NCBI GenBank assembly: GCA_038087875.1
Contig: CM075994.1
Coordinates: forward strand, 8,310,001 to 8,374,000
Direction of reading: 5' to 3'
DNA: 64,000 nt
Source of the DNA: Malacoraja senta
Taxonomy: Eukaryota
Positions within the stretch are counted from its first letter, which is position 1. Every line of letters begins with the position of its first letter. The notes below the pieces were generated by a model. That model saw nothing but the letters and a program-made list of their open reading frames with translations, did no database searches and had not been told where the DNA came from. Of this stretch, positions 12,979 through 26,000 are shown piece by piece. The translations under genes and the position numbers were made by a program.

Positions 12979-13724
12979 CGTTCAGGAGTGTTTACATTGT
13001 GAGCTGGTTCTGATGCTCTGACTATGAACTGTCTCTGGATTGGCACATAGATTGTGGGCCGAAGGGCCTGTTCTTATGCTGTCCTATTCTACGTTCAATC
13101 TACATCAGAGACAATTTAGCCAATGCAACTTTGTGAACGCATCAGAATTTCTTCAGATAGTGAAGTCTAATATCTACAATATATCTGCCACGGAACAGGA
13201 TAACCTTTGGAGATACAATCGGCCCACCGAGTCCTCGCCAACCAGCAATCACCCCATACACTTCTTCTTCTTGCGTCTGGCGTGCGCAGCCTAAAATTGT
13301 AGGTCAACTTGTTCTATTTGATCTATTTATTTGTGCACATCGGGTTGATTGCATTAGTCGAAACAGGGTGGACCACGTGAAGGTTGCAATCTCCTACCCC
13401 ACCCCCTACACTAGTACTATCCAACACTAGGGACAATTTACAATTTTACGGAAGCCAATTAACGTACAAACATGTGTGTCTTTGAGGAATGGGAGGGAAC
13501 CAGAGCATCCAGAAAAAACCCACGTGGTCACAGAGAGAATGTATAAACATCGTGCAGACAGCATCCATAGTCAGGATTGAAGTCAGGTCTCTGGTGCTGT
13601 AAGGCAGTAACTCTACCACTGCGCTGCTGTGCTGCCCTTTAGAGACCTGAGGATATTGCTGAATGACTCTTTTGTGGTTGCTGAACTTTTGTAAAACTAA
13701 TTTGCACTGTTATCAGATATTTGG

Positions 13725-14045
13725 TGCGGCATGGTGGCGCAGCAGTAGAGTTACTGCCTTACAGCACTTATAGCGCCAGAGACTCACGTTTGATCCTGAT
13801 TATGGGTGTTGTCCATATGGAGTTTTTACGTTCTCGACATGATCGCGTGGGTTTTCGCCAAAATCTTCCTCCCACACTCCAAAGACGCACAGGTTTGTAG
13901 GTTAATTGGCTTAGGTGTGAATGTAAAACATTTCCCTAGTGTGTGTAGGATAGTGTTAATATGCAGGGATCTCTGGTCAGTGTGGACACGGTGGGCCGAA
14001 GGGCCTGTTTCTGCGCTGTACCTCCAAACTAAACTATAAACCAAC
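13725..14045 (+). mobile_element. tRNA-derived SINE (HE1-like)
   Basis: GGCATGGTGGCGCAGCAGTAGAG head and GGGCCGAAGGGCCTGTTTCTGCGCTGTA-(AAACT)n tail. Confidence 0.8.
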
Positions 14046-14743
14046 CCAAAACTGGATGAAAGTGTGCTCACCTCACCACCAGTTTAGCAAAATCAGTCAC
14101 ATTTTGCTTTAAGTCTCAACTGACGGCAGCTGATGCACAGGATCTAGCAGAGAGTCGTTTTCAGAAGGTAATGTCTGGCCCTGTCCAGGTGCTTGAGGAT
14201 GCAACAATACAGAGCCATGAATCCAAATTACCCACAAGGTTACAGAAACTGGGGGGAATTGTTGGGAATGTGGGAAGAATAGGTTACAGGGAAAAATAAT
14301 GGGGAACATAATTGCTCTGTGAGGTGGCATAGAAGGGCGTTGTTGGGCCATCAATTCTAGGTAGAATGAAAATATATATGGAAATATTGGAAAGGTTTGC
14401 TGGGAGAGGTATGTTTTAAGATTGATCTAAAGCGGAGAGAGGTAGAAACGAACAGATTACAGGAGTCAATTCCATCTGTGAGAAACTGAGGCAGTCAAAG
14501 GCAAGACTGCCAACGGTGAAACAAACAAAACCAGGACTGCACAAGTGACCCGGATTCAGGCTGAACAAATATACTGGATTGTCCACCTCCAGCACAGGTT
14601 TAAAAAGAAGAGACACAAAAATATGAAGTAACTCAGTGAGTCAGGCAGCATCTCTGGAGAAACAGGATAGGTGATGTTTTACATCGACTTCTTCAGACTG
14701 AGAGTCAGGAGAGAGAGAAAGGAGAGATATAGAAGGTACATTC

Positions 14744-15470
14744 ATAATAATAATAATAATAATAAACTTTATTTCGGACTCAAGGTCCAGACAAGGGACA
14801 ACATTACATAAAAATGCATTGCATATTAAAAAACATCATAAAGTACGTACAAAATCTTAGTATATCACTTATAAAAGCATCATAAATTATATATTAAAAA
14901 AAAAAACAATACATGAATTAAAATCCAGAATAAAAAGAATGATCAATGTCCTACAACGAGACAACGATACCAGTGTCTCCACAGCTGGGATTCGTAGCGT
15001 GTAGTGCTAAACCTTATGTTTGACAAGGCCACAATAATTACATTTTTAGAGTCATTTATCCTGCAAATGAATTTATACATATGATTTCTTAGGATAGCTT
15101 CTAAAGTACTGACTCCTGCAGCCACGAACATGTTACTAGCACTACACCATCTAGGTTTCCTTAGCAGTGTTCTCATGGCATCATTATATGACACCTTTAG
15201 TCTCTGCAAACTTGTCTTTCCATAGTTCGACCACAGGTGCGCAGTATAGAGTGGAGTGCAATATGCTCTAAATAGCGACATCTTCACCACATCTGTACAC
15301 GCACCAAACTTATGAAAGATAATATTCGCCTGTACATACAGCATGCTATAAACATCCTCATCATCTGTCATTTATTCTGTAATAAAATGCCCTAGACCAT
15401 ATTACAGACACTAAGATTATTGTCAGACAATTTAAAATCAGGAAATTTTATTGAACAAATTAATGAAAGA
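14744..15470 (-). mobile_element. 5'-truncated non-LTR retrotransposon 3' end (RTE-X-like)
   Basis: ORF 14943-15371 (SLFRAYCTPLYTAHLW...YNDAMR...CSASNMF) resembles post-RT C-termini and the element has a (TTA)n tail. Clade assigned from memory of motifs. Confidence 0.6.
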
Positions 15471-15871
15471 TATGCAAAAAGCAACGATAATCAAGGAAAG
15501 GTGGATCCCACAATGGTCCATTGTTGGCTGTGGTATAGATGATGACGAGTTATAGAGACAGTGCAACTCAACAGGATGACAGTGAAACTAGTACAATGTC
15601 TCGGGTGGGGGAGGGACAGAGAGAGAGGGGATGCAAGGGTAACTTCCCGGGCCGGCGGACGGTGGTGGGAGTATCCCGGGGACATACGGCCCCGAGACCG
15701 GGGACCCGCCAGGAAGCCCCAGCTCGCACCCTGGAGACTGAGGACTTGCTCGCCTGGTAGGCCCAGCTCACCCGCCAAAGACATGTGCCGTGGACAAGAA
15801 CCCACCCGCTAGGCCTGGCTCACCCACCGCAGATGGTGGAACCGCGACCCGTGTCGGAGACCAGGTCTCGA

Positions 15872-17031
15872 AAGACTGGTGACTAAAATTAGAGCACATG
15901 GAATAGGGGGTAGGGTGTTGACGTGGATAGAAAATTGGTTGGCAGACAGGAAGCAAAGATTAGGAGTGAACGGGTCCTTTTCAAAATGGCAGGCAGTGGC
16001 GAGTGGAGTGCTGCAAGGCTCGGTGTTGGGGCCGCAACTGTTTACCATATATATTAATGATTTGGAAAAGGGAATTAGGAACAACACTAGCAAGTTTGCG
16101 GATGACACAAAGCCGGGTGGCAGTGTGAAATGTGAAGAGGATGTTACGAGGTTGCAGGGTGACCTGGACAGGTTGAGTGAGTGGGCAGATGCGTGGCAGA
16201 TGCAGTATAATATAGATAAATGTGAGATTATCCACTTTGGTGGCAAAAACAAGGGGGCAAATTATTATCTCAATGGGGTTAGGTTAGGTAAGGGGGAGGT
16301 ACAGTGAGACCTGGGTGTCCTTGTACACTGGTCACTGAAAGTTGGGGTACAGGTACAGCAGGCAGTAAGGAAAGCTAATGGAATGTTGGCCTTCATAACA
16401 AGAGGATTTCAGTATAGGAGTAGAGAGGTTCTTCTGCATTTGTATAGGGCTCTGGTAAGACCACATCTGGAGTATTGCGTACAGTTTTGGTCTCCTAATT
16501 TGAGGAAGGACATTCTTGTGATTGAGGCAGTGCAGCGTAGGTTCACAAGATTGATCCCTGGGATGGCGGGACTGTCATATGAGGAAAGATGGAAAAGACT
16601 AGGCTTGTATTCACTGGAGTTTAGAAGGATGAGGGGGGATCTTATAGAAACATATAAAATTATAAAAGGACTGGACAAGCTAGATGCAGGAAAAATGTTC
16701 CCCATGTTGGGCGAGTCCAGAACCAGGGGCCACAGTCTTAGAATAAAGGGAAGGCCATTTAAGACTGAGGTGAGAAAAAACTTTTTCACCCAGAGAGTTG
16801 TGAATTTGTGGAATTCCCTGCCACAGAGGGCAGTGGAAGCTAAATCACTGGATGGATTTAAGAGAGAATTAGATAGAGAGCAAGGGGCTAGTGGAATCAA
16901 GGGATATGGGGAGAAGGCAGGCACGGGTTATTGATTGGGGACGATCAGCCATGATCACAATGAATGGCGGTGCTGGCTTGATGGGCCGAATGGCCTCCTC
17001 CTGGACCTATTTTCTATGTTTTTATGTTTCT
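15872..17031 (+). mobile_element. Young 5'-truncated CR1 LINE
   Basis: RT motifs QGSVLGP, KFADD, LVRPHLEYCVQFWSP, RTRGH; one stop near 16305; tail of TTTCTATG-type repeats. Confidence 0.95.
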
Positions 17032-17559
17032 AACCCGCCCATCTCGCCCGCCACAGACTGGGGTCTCGCCCGCCACAGATGGAGAACACGTGGACCAGAA
17101 CCCGCCCTGACCTCCCAGCTTGCCCGCCTCGGATCGACGCATGGGAACCCACCTGGAGTGCCAGTGAGCAGACGGCTCCGGGACGGAGTGCACGGCTTCG
17201 ATGGGGGAGTGGGCCACTGGAGGCCCAGCAGCAGCCTGGGGCACGGCTGGACCGGGCGACGCTCCAACAGGCCGAGCATGAGGACCAGACGTGATCTACA
17301 GCGGTGGAGCAGCGGCGGAGGACACCAAGTATCTAAGTGCTTATGTTTCGTGATACTTGTACTGAACTGCAATCAAAGATGAATTTCCCTGTACCTCGGA
17401 ACCTGTGACAAATAAAGTACCATACCTCACCATACCATCCTTGCAGTTAGAGAAATCAATATTCATACCACTGGGATATTACCTTAATATTGACTCTTTC
17501 ATGAGCTTATCATGTTCCAAAGAAGTTACAACCAAACATTGCTTCACCAGGACTGCAAC

Positions 17560-19900
17560 TTTATTACAAGCCTGGAGAGTGTAGAGCTCAGAGCAAGGCC
17601 ACCGTTTCAAAGAGAGATCAGCAATTGCTCTGTTCTTTGTTTCACTGAAGCATCACTCAGACCTGACCCTTCCATAGAACCTGCTAGTTTCTACATTTGA
17701 TGCATGGACCATATGGAATCTTCAGACAAGGGCAAGGTGGCTGCATTTACATTTGGTCAATGCTTATTGGTGCACAGATGTGTTGGTCTTAGATTAATAC
17801 TGTTCCCATGACCTGAAATACCTACTCACTAGGGTCTATCCTAACCAGGAACCTTGGATGAACAGAGATTCACTCTGCTAAAGAACAGATCAAAGGTTTT
17901 CAAAAAGATGACCTTGCACTGTGCAATCTTCGCAAAGCTATCAGGAATGCTAAGAGAGATTTCTAGAATAAGCCAGAGGCTCAATGCAATCAGATCGATG
18001 CCCGGTGACTGGGACAGGGCCTGCAAAACATCAGGGGTTCCAGGGTAAAATCAGTGGCATTTCCAGCAACTGACACATCTCGATTGGATGAGCTCAATTC
18101 CCTTCACACCCACTTTGAAAAGCAAACCTAGTTCCACCTAAGCATTCCCACACCCCACCCCGTCTCCCTTTGGCTCTGTCCATGTATCCTGCTGGGAGAA
18201 GTCAGATCTGTTTTCTAAAGGGTAAACTCTGGGAAATTGTTCTGAAATTGTGTGCCATTTAGCTGGCGAAAGTCTACACCGATATCCTCAACTTCTCACT
18301 TTGACAATCTTCTTCCCACCCTGCCTCCTGCAGACTCTATGCCCTACTCCCAATTCCTCTGTCTGCGCTGCATCTGCGCCCGAGATGAGATGAGATGATA
18401 CCAGGACATCTGAGATTTCTTCATTCTTTAGGGAGCGGGGGTTCCCCTCCTCCATTATAGATGAGGCCATCACAAGGGTCTCCTCAATATCCCGCAGCTC
18501 CGCTCTTGTTCCCCCGCCCCTTGTCCTCACCTTTCATCCCACGACCGTTGCATACAACACATACAGTAATCCTCCGATATTTTCTCCACCTCCAACGTGA
18601 TCCCACCACTAGTCACATCTTCCTATCTCCCACGCCTTTCCGTTTTCTGCAGAGATCGTTCCCTGCGCAACTCCCTGGTTAACTCATCCCTTCCCATCCA
18701 AACCACCCCCTCCCCAGGAACCTTCTCCTGCAATCGCAGGAGATACAACACCTGTCCCTACACCTCCTCCCTCGACTCTGTCCAGGGACCCTGACAGTCC
18801 ATTCAGGTGAGGCAGAGGTTCACTTGCACCTCCTCCAACCTTATTATCACCAACCTCATAGCCAACAATGAACCATTGTGGGTTCCACCTTTCCTTGAGC
18901 ATCACTGCTTTTTGCATATCTTTCATTTATTTGTTCTGTACCTTCTAGACCTCTTGTTTCCCTTTACCCTGAATCAGTCTGAAGAAGGATCTCAACCCGA
19001 AATGTCACCTATTACTTTTGCTCCAGAGATGCTGCCTGACCCGCTGAGTTATTCCAGCATTTTGTGTCGATCTTCAATATTAACCAGCATCTGCAGTTCC
19101 TTCCTACAAATCTTCTGTCCTTATTTGCTTCAAGGAAACCTCCATCATTCCTCTACCAAAGAAAGTAAACTGACCAATCTCAGATTTCTGCCCATTAGCT
19201 CCAACATCAGCTGTGATGAAGTGCTTTGACAGAATGGTAATGGTGCACATTTGTACTAGCCCTCTCGACAATGTGTTGCAATCTGCGGACAGAAAAAATA
19301 GCCTGTGGAGAACACCATGTCCCTTGCGTTACATTTAGCTCTGGATCGTCTCGACAATAAGAGCTCCATTGTCAGGAAGCTGTTTGCAGTCGACAGCTCA
19401 GCCTTCAACACCATAACGCATAAACCTCTGGGCCTTGGTTGTGGGGCCACCATCTGTATTTGGCTTCAGAATTCCTGACCTTCAGATCTCAGACAGTTAG
19501 CATTTCCTCCACCCTGACCCTCAACACTGGAGCCTCTCACCTCAGGATTGTGTGCTCAGTCCCTGGCTCCAATCCATGTACACCCATGTTTGTGTGTGGA
19601 ATACCAACTAGGTCTCTGAACATTGTATCATGGTGTTAGGACAACAATCTAGCCCTCAGGTACACAAAAATGCTGGAGAAACTCAGCGGGTGCAGCAGCA
19701 TCTATGGAGCAAAGGAAATAGGTAACGTTTCTGGCCGAAACCCTTCTTCAGTATCAGCAAGGCAAAAGTGTTGGTTATTGTCCTAAGGAAGTGAGGGATG
19801 AACATAGTCCTGTCCTCATCAATGAGCTGCTGTAGGGATGGACAATAGCTTTATATTCCTTACCACCACATCCCCAGCAACCTAACCTAATCCCATTACA
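17560..19900 (+). mobile_element. Old degenerate Rex/Babar-like LINE with nested Penelope pieces
   Basis: Scattered remnants such as LCFTE, PWMN, DSSAFNTI and LTLNTGA. Confidence 0.5.
18310..19110 (+). mobile_element. Penelope-like 3' region with terminal repeat
   Basis: PGTFSCNRRRYNTCPY / QRFTCTSSNL region preceding the GIY-YIG domain, followed by the CTGAAGAAGG...CCGAAA terminal motif. Confidence 0.75.
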
Positions 19901-19919
19901 CAGATATGCTAATCAAGAG

Positions 19920-20215
19920 GGATACCGCTGTTGTCTAATAGTGCCAGAGACCTGGATCTGATCTTGACCTTGGTTGCTGTCTGTGTGGAGTTTGCATGTT
20001 TTCCCTGTGAATTCATGGATTTCCTCTGTGTGCTCTGGTTTCCTCCCACATCCAAATACAGCGAGTTTGTAGGTTAATTGGTATATATGAATTGCCCCTA
20101 ATGTGGCAGGAGTGCATGAGAAAGTGGGATAACATAGAGTGAATGGATGATCTATAGTTGGCATGGACCTGGTGGGCCAAAGGGCTGGACTCCATGCTGT
20201 ATCTCTAAAACTAAA
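19920..20215 (+). mobile_element. tRNA-derived SINE (diverged HE1-like)
   Basis: Body GTGGAGTTTGCATGTT...GGTTTCCTCCCACATCC, homologous to the other SINE copies. Confidence 0.7.
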
Positions 20216-21951
20216 GTGCATTGGCATCTTTAATAACTTAAGTGTCTAAGAAGAATTGGCATGTCCACGATGTTTCTCTTGGACTTCCATATATGTGGTC
20301 TAGAAAGTATTCTGATGGGCTGAACTTTAGCCAGGTGTAGCAACCACATAGCTCTTAACGAATTCAATTGATAGAAAGATATAGCATGGAAACAGGCCCT
20401 TCAGCCACTGAGTCCATTCTCTTTACATATCTTTAGGATGCGGAAGGAAACCAGGTCACATGGAGGAAGCCCATGCAGTGACAGGAAGAATGTGCAAACT
20501 CCATTTGGACAGCACCTAAAGTCAGGATGAAACCCGGGTCTCTGGCACTGTGAAGCAGCAGCGTAGAGCAGCGTAGAACACCATCGAGCAGCACCAGCTC
20601 TCCCCGTTATGCCACTTGAACCAACAGAAAGTGGTGAATGCAGCCCAGTCCATCACACACTCGTCACCTCCAGTCCATCTTCACAGTGTGTTGCCTCAGT
20701 GTGGTCAAAAATGCCTGCTGCCCTTTTCCCTTCTCTCTGTTCTACCATCCAGGAGCTTGAAACTTAGAGCTCCACGCTTAAGAATAGCTTCTTCCCCACT
20801 GCTACTAATCCCCTGAATTAATGACCTTTTTCACACACCCTTTCCAGAGGTGCGTCCATGCACCTTATTCGGTAGTGCATTCCTGTACTTACACCATTGT
20901 GTTGTTTGACACTGTCATTGTATTTATTGTTGTATTGATCACTCCAGTATAGATACAGGTCCACCACTGATTTTCTGGCAACTGGTGTCCGGCACCTCCT
21001 TTAATCCAGACACAATTAGGAGAGTGCCCTTGAAATCTCCCCTGAGGTCCCCCCGTAAACATGGCACCTAGGCCGGGTGAGGCAGCCTATCTCAACCTCA
21101 TCGGGACCTCTGCACCGACCAGCGGGTCAACTTTGTCCCTGGCCAGAGACGGCAGATCCATTCCAACCCCCAACTTCTGAGGCCAACTTTGCGGGGGTCC
21201 CATTGGCCTAGGCAGACCCTTCCAGTACACTTAGACTGATCTTGACCTGAAGCCCTTTCCTTCTATCCTGTCCCACTGAGTTACTCCAGCATTTTGTGTC
21301 TGTCTTTTCTGGGTTATCCATTTTGCTGGACCAAGCACTCCTTTCTACAGCCTTGTTTATACTGTAACCCTTAGAAAAACAGTGGAGCTGATCAGGACAG
21401 TTATTGCAAACCTCCCCTCCCTACTCTTGTGATGGCTGGGATTAGAGTTGCAGAGGTTATATCAGTGTGTAGGAAGGAACTACAGATGCTGGTTTAAACT
21501 GAAGATAGACACGAAATGCTGGACTAACTCAGCGGGATGGGCAGCATCTCTGGAGAGAAGGAATGGGTGATGTTTCGGTTCAGATAATCAGAGTTAAATT
21601 GGAATCACGTCACATATTATTTCTCTCCAGAGCTGCTGCCTGTCCCGCTGAGTTACTCCAGCTTTTTGTATTTACCTGTAATTCATTGTTTCTCCAGTGT
21701 TTAGAAACATTGATACCTGCAGCACGAAAGGTGTGATTGCAAAGCCTGCTTCTCTGCGGAACTGAAACGGAACCCATGTTTATTGATCAGATAAGAGTAA
21801 TTGACTGCCCATGCTGGCTAACTCCTTGCAGGCGTGGTTTATTTAAAAGCTATAAAGCAGGGGGACGTTTTCTCCACATATTTCTGTCTTCAGGGCTCAG
21901 CTGAAACTTTCCTTTTCCTTGTGATTCACTCCTCCACCCCTCCCCCTACCA

Positions 21952-21956
<5 letters not shown>

Positions 21957-22040
<84 letters not shown>
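21957..22040. repeat. (CT)n microsatellite
   Basis: Directly visible. Confidence 0.95.
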
Positions 22041-22043
<3 letters not shown>

Positions 22044-22142
22044 TTTCTGGAGGGTCAGATAACACCAAGCTGGTTATGCTGTCTCGCACACTTCCTCCTT
22101 GTGCCTCAGTGATGGTGAGATGAGAGGCTGCTGTGTGGAAGG

Positions 22143-22226
22143 ATGGAGAAGAAAGTTTGTGTGATCCAAACTGATTTTCATCAGTATCGTCCAACTATCA
22201 GTGTTCCAGTCAAGCCTCTCGCACAT
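22143..22226 (+). CDS. Candidate first coding exon of an unidentified host gene (MEKKVCVIQTDFHQYRPTISVPVKPLAH)
   Basis: Strong Kozak (AGGATGG), 28 open codons ending at a phase-0 donor CAT|GTAAGA, upstream pyrimidine-rich acceptor CTTCCTCCTTGTGCCTCAG (ends 22109) and TATAAA at 21851, all in a repeat-poor island. No homologue recognised. Confidence 0.35.
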
Positions 22227-23190
22227 GTAAGACAGAAATCCCACCCTCTTCCTCATTTCTGAAGCTGTCAGTCTTTAAATAGTTAAAATGCCTTTATCTA
22301 CGTTTATCTAATGCCTCTACTCAGTTTACATTGGCAATGTATTCTGCAGATTTTAATGCCACTGTCTAGTGTATTATGTCTTGCATTGCATGTGCTGGGT
22401 GGTGATTTATATCAGTAGAGCTACCAAATGTATCACAAAATAATTTAGATTTTCAATTAAAAGCTTAAATGTTTAATTGTGCTTTACATGTGCAGTGATC
22501 AAGCCTTTGTAACATATGATGCAAAATAATATATTCAAAAATACATACTTGGATTACAATTAACATTGGTCAACATGATATTCTCTGGAGAGAACAGTGA
22601 TATTGAATAGGTTTAATAACTTGGAATAGGTTTAACAGAATAATTATCATTTGTTTTAATCAAAAATCTAACCATACCTATGTGTTTAATGTTTTGTACT
22701 AAACAGAAAAAGGTGTATGTCATGTTCTCAGAATGTCCAAGAGTACTTTATCCAACTTCTGAACTGTTGCAATATTTGAAAGGTGACAGTCAGTTTGAGA
22801 ATGAAGTTTCCATGGCTGGCAATGTAATAATGGAGCAGATAATCCGTCCCTGTATCACCGCTAGACATAAATATCAGCTGCATTCCACAGTGATCGTTCT
22901 GCTCTTCAAACACATTATTTTCCAACTCACTGAAAGGAGGACACTGTTTTAATTTAAAATTTAATCTGCAGGATAATGCTTCCAATTTAACTCCCAAACA
23001 TTTGGAGACTTGTGCCAAAATTGGGATTGTGTTGTTTCGCAGATTCACAAGGACCGGCTAAGAGTCTCATTAATGTAGGACTATACCAACTCAAACTTCT
23101 CCAACGTGACTCCTGTTCTTGTGCTCCCATGGTGCAGTTGGGAAAGATGTTCCTCGATTTGCATCGAGTTCTAATAAAGGAATAACCGAT

Positions 23191-23430
23191 ATAGAAACAT
23201 AGAAAATAGGTGCAGGAGTAGGCCATTCGGCCCTTCGAGCCTGCACCGCCATTCAATATGATCATGGCTGATCATCCAACTCAGTATCCTGTACCTGCTT
23301 TCTCTCCATACCCCCTGATCCCTTTAGCCACAAGGGCCACATCTAACTCCCTCTTAAATATAGCCAATGAACTGGCCTCAACTACCTTCTGTGGCAGAGA
23401 ATTCCACAGATTCACCACTCTCTGTGTGAA
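23191..23430 (-). mobile_element. CR1 3' end fragment
   Basis: Reverse complement of the CR1 3' UTR and tail. Confidence 0.85.
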
Positions 23431-23443
23431 GAGTTAGTTCTTA

Positions 23444-23724
23444 TGGGCTTGTTCCACTTAGGCAATTTTTTTTTAGGTGACTACAGGCGAATGCCAAAAA
23501 ATTTTCAACATGTTGAAAAATTTCCTGCGACAGTGGCGAGAATTTGGGTTGTCGTAGGTTGTCATAGGTGCTGTCGTAGGTGCTGTCGTAGGTTGTCGCC
23601 AGGTTACCGTAGGTTGTCACCAGGTGACATAGGTTGTCGCCGGTGCTGACTTCGGACTTCGGTGAATTCCATTGTCCTAGTCACTGGCAGTCGCCTAAAG
23701 AATCACCTAAGTGGGACAGGCCCA
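23444..23724. mobile_element. PIF/Harbinger-type MITE (second subfamily)
   Basis: TGGGCTTGTTCCACTTAGG...CCTAAGTGGGACAGGCCCA flanked by TTA/TAA; internal ~12-bp TGTCGTAGG repeats. Confidence 0.8.
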
Positions 23725-24584
23725 TAAGTCAGTATAGCAAGCAGCGTGGTGAAGGAGGGGGGAACCAGCAAGTGGTGGTGATTCTACCCATTTGCTGCAC
23801 TTAGTTTAGTTAATTTAGTTAAATTTTGTTTATTGTCACATGTACCGAGGTACAATGAAGCTTTTGTTGTGTGCTGTACTTTATCTTTCATGTTAGAAAA
23901 TGTGTAGGAAGGAACTGCAGATGCTGGTTTAAACCGAAGGCAGACACAAAATGCTGGAGTAACTCAGCAGGACAGGCAGCATCTCTGGAGAGAAGGGATG
24001 GGTGATGTTTCAGGTCGAGACCCTTCTGCAGTAAATGTTTTGTATTTTGGGGATAATATCAATGAAAGAAACTTAGACAGTCACAGCAGTCATGCTGTGG
24101 TATTTTGGATGGAGTGAATCTTTGTAGTAGCGTTTTCTATACCATCAAACTGTCTGCTTTGTCCCAGAAAGGTTTGGTATTGAAATTAGTTTATTATGTC
24201 ACATTTACTGGGATGCAGTGAAAAGATTTGTCCAGGCAAGTCGTACCATCGATGAATATATCGCGGAGTGAAAATGTGAAAATAAAATCTTCAGACAGAG
24301 TAAGGGGAGAGGGAAATGAGTGATATGGAAGTGTACAAAATGAGAGATCAAAGGAAAATGTAGAAGAGATCAATGTTAGCTTGAGGAAGGTGACTACGAG
24401 GCATGCAAAGTAAAATGTAATCAAGAGGACAGTCAAACTAGTTGGAGAATTAGGATGGGGGAGTGATGGCGAAAGAGGGAAAGCAAGGGTTAATTGAAGT
24501 TAGAGTGTGGTCCTTGGTGTTGGCAGTGTGAAGTATAGATGGAGTCAGTAGGGTGAGGATGACACTGCTTTGCTTAATGAACTA

Positions 24585-24880
24585 TGGTGGCACAGCGGTA
24601 GAGTTGCTACATTACAGCAAATGCAGTGCCGGTGATCCAGGTTCGATCCAGACTACGGGTGCTGTCTGTATGGAGTTTGTACGTTCTCCCCGTGACCTGC
24701 GTGGGTTTTCTCCGAGATCTTCGGTTTGCTCCCACACTCCAAAGACGTACAGGTTTGGAGGTTAATTGGCTTGGTGGGTGTAGGATAGTGTTAATGTGCG
24801 GGGATCGCTGGTCGGCGTGGACTCGGTGGGCCGAAGGGCCTGTTTCCGCGATGTATCTCGAAACTAAACTAAACTAAACT
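24585..24880 (+). mobile_element. tRNA-derived SINE (HE1-like)
   Basis: A box TGGCACAGCGG, B box GGTTCGATCC, (AAACT)n tail. Confidence 0.85.
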
Positions 24881-26000
24881 GGTCTGTGTTCACAGTTTCT
24901 GCAGTTTCTTGTAGTCTTGGACAGAGCAGTTACCGTACCAAGCGGTGATTCATTCCGATAGTGTGCTATATATGGTGCATCAACAGAAATGGTAAGAGTA
25001 ATTGGAGACGTGTGGAATTTACTTGAACTTCTGAGGAAGTAGAGTCATTGATGTGTAAGAAGGAACTGCAGATGCTGGTTGACATCGAAGATAGACACAA
25101 AAAGCTGAAGTAACTCAGCAGGACAGGCAGCATCTCTGGAGAGAAGGAATGGGTGACGTTTTGGGGAATCTGAAGAAGGGTCTCAATCCAAAATGTCACC
25201 CATTCCTTCTCTCCAGAGATGCTGCCTGTCCCGCTGAGTTACTCCAGCATTTTGTGTTTATCTTTAGTTGTTGATATCCTTTCTTGGCCAGAGCGTCAAT
25301 GTGATTGTATCAGGACAAATTACAGGTGATATTTACGCCAAGGAACTTGAAGCTCTTGATTATCTCAACTTCAATATCATTGATTAGACTGGGGCATGTA
25401 CTCCACCCAGCTTGAGTTTCATGAGTGTTGTACTGTAAATCATGGAGAATCAGGAGTTGAGTCATCTGCTATAGGGTACTTGGCCTCTGAGCAACTGGAA
25501 TGTCCACTGCATTTATGTAGCTGATCCAGTCGATCTTTCTGGTAATAATGGGGAAGGCAGTCATTGTAATGCCATTGAATTACATGGAGAAATGCTTGTA
25601 GTCTCTGTAGGAATCATCTGTGTTACACGTTATTTGCATTTCCTAACCCCTGTCTGTAAGTTGCTCAGGTCTTAGTAGGCTCAGTTGTTTTATTATCTGA
25701 GGTGTTGTGAAGTGATTTCAGCATCAGCTGTCCGCTTCAAAATTGTACTTTACATCCCAAGATGGAATGTAGTTCATTGGCGAGGCAGTTGAATATGGTT
25801 GCTGCTTGGAGAATGCCACGAGGAACTTCTGTCCCGAGGTGAGGTAATTGACTCCCAATAGAGTCATGGAGTCATACAGCGCAGAAACTGGCCCCTCAGC
25901 CCTAGCCCACGCCGGCCAACGTGCCCCATCTACACCAGTCTCACCTGCCTGCATTTGGCCCATATCCCTCTAAACCTGTCCTATCCATGTACCTATCTAA

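Noticed and set aside
22732..22782. Possible second exon for the 22143 candidate
   Set aside because: Phase-0 joining hits a TGA after 15 codons; unsupported.
24585..24660. tRNA gene
   Set aside because: The A/B boxes belong to a SINE head continuous with the SINE body; no full cloverleaf seen.
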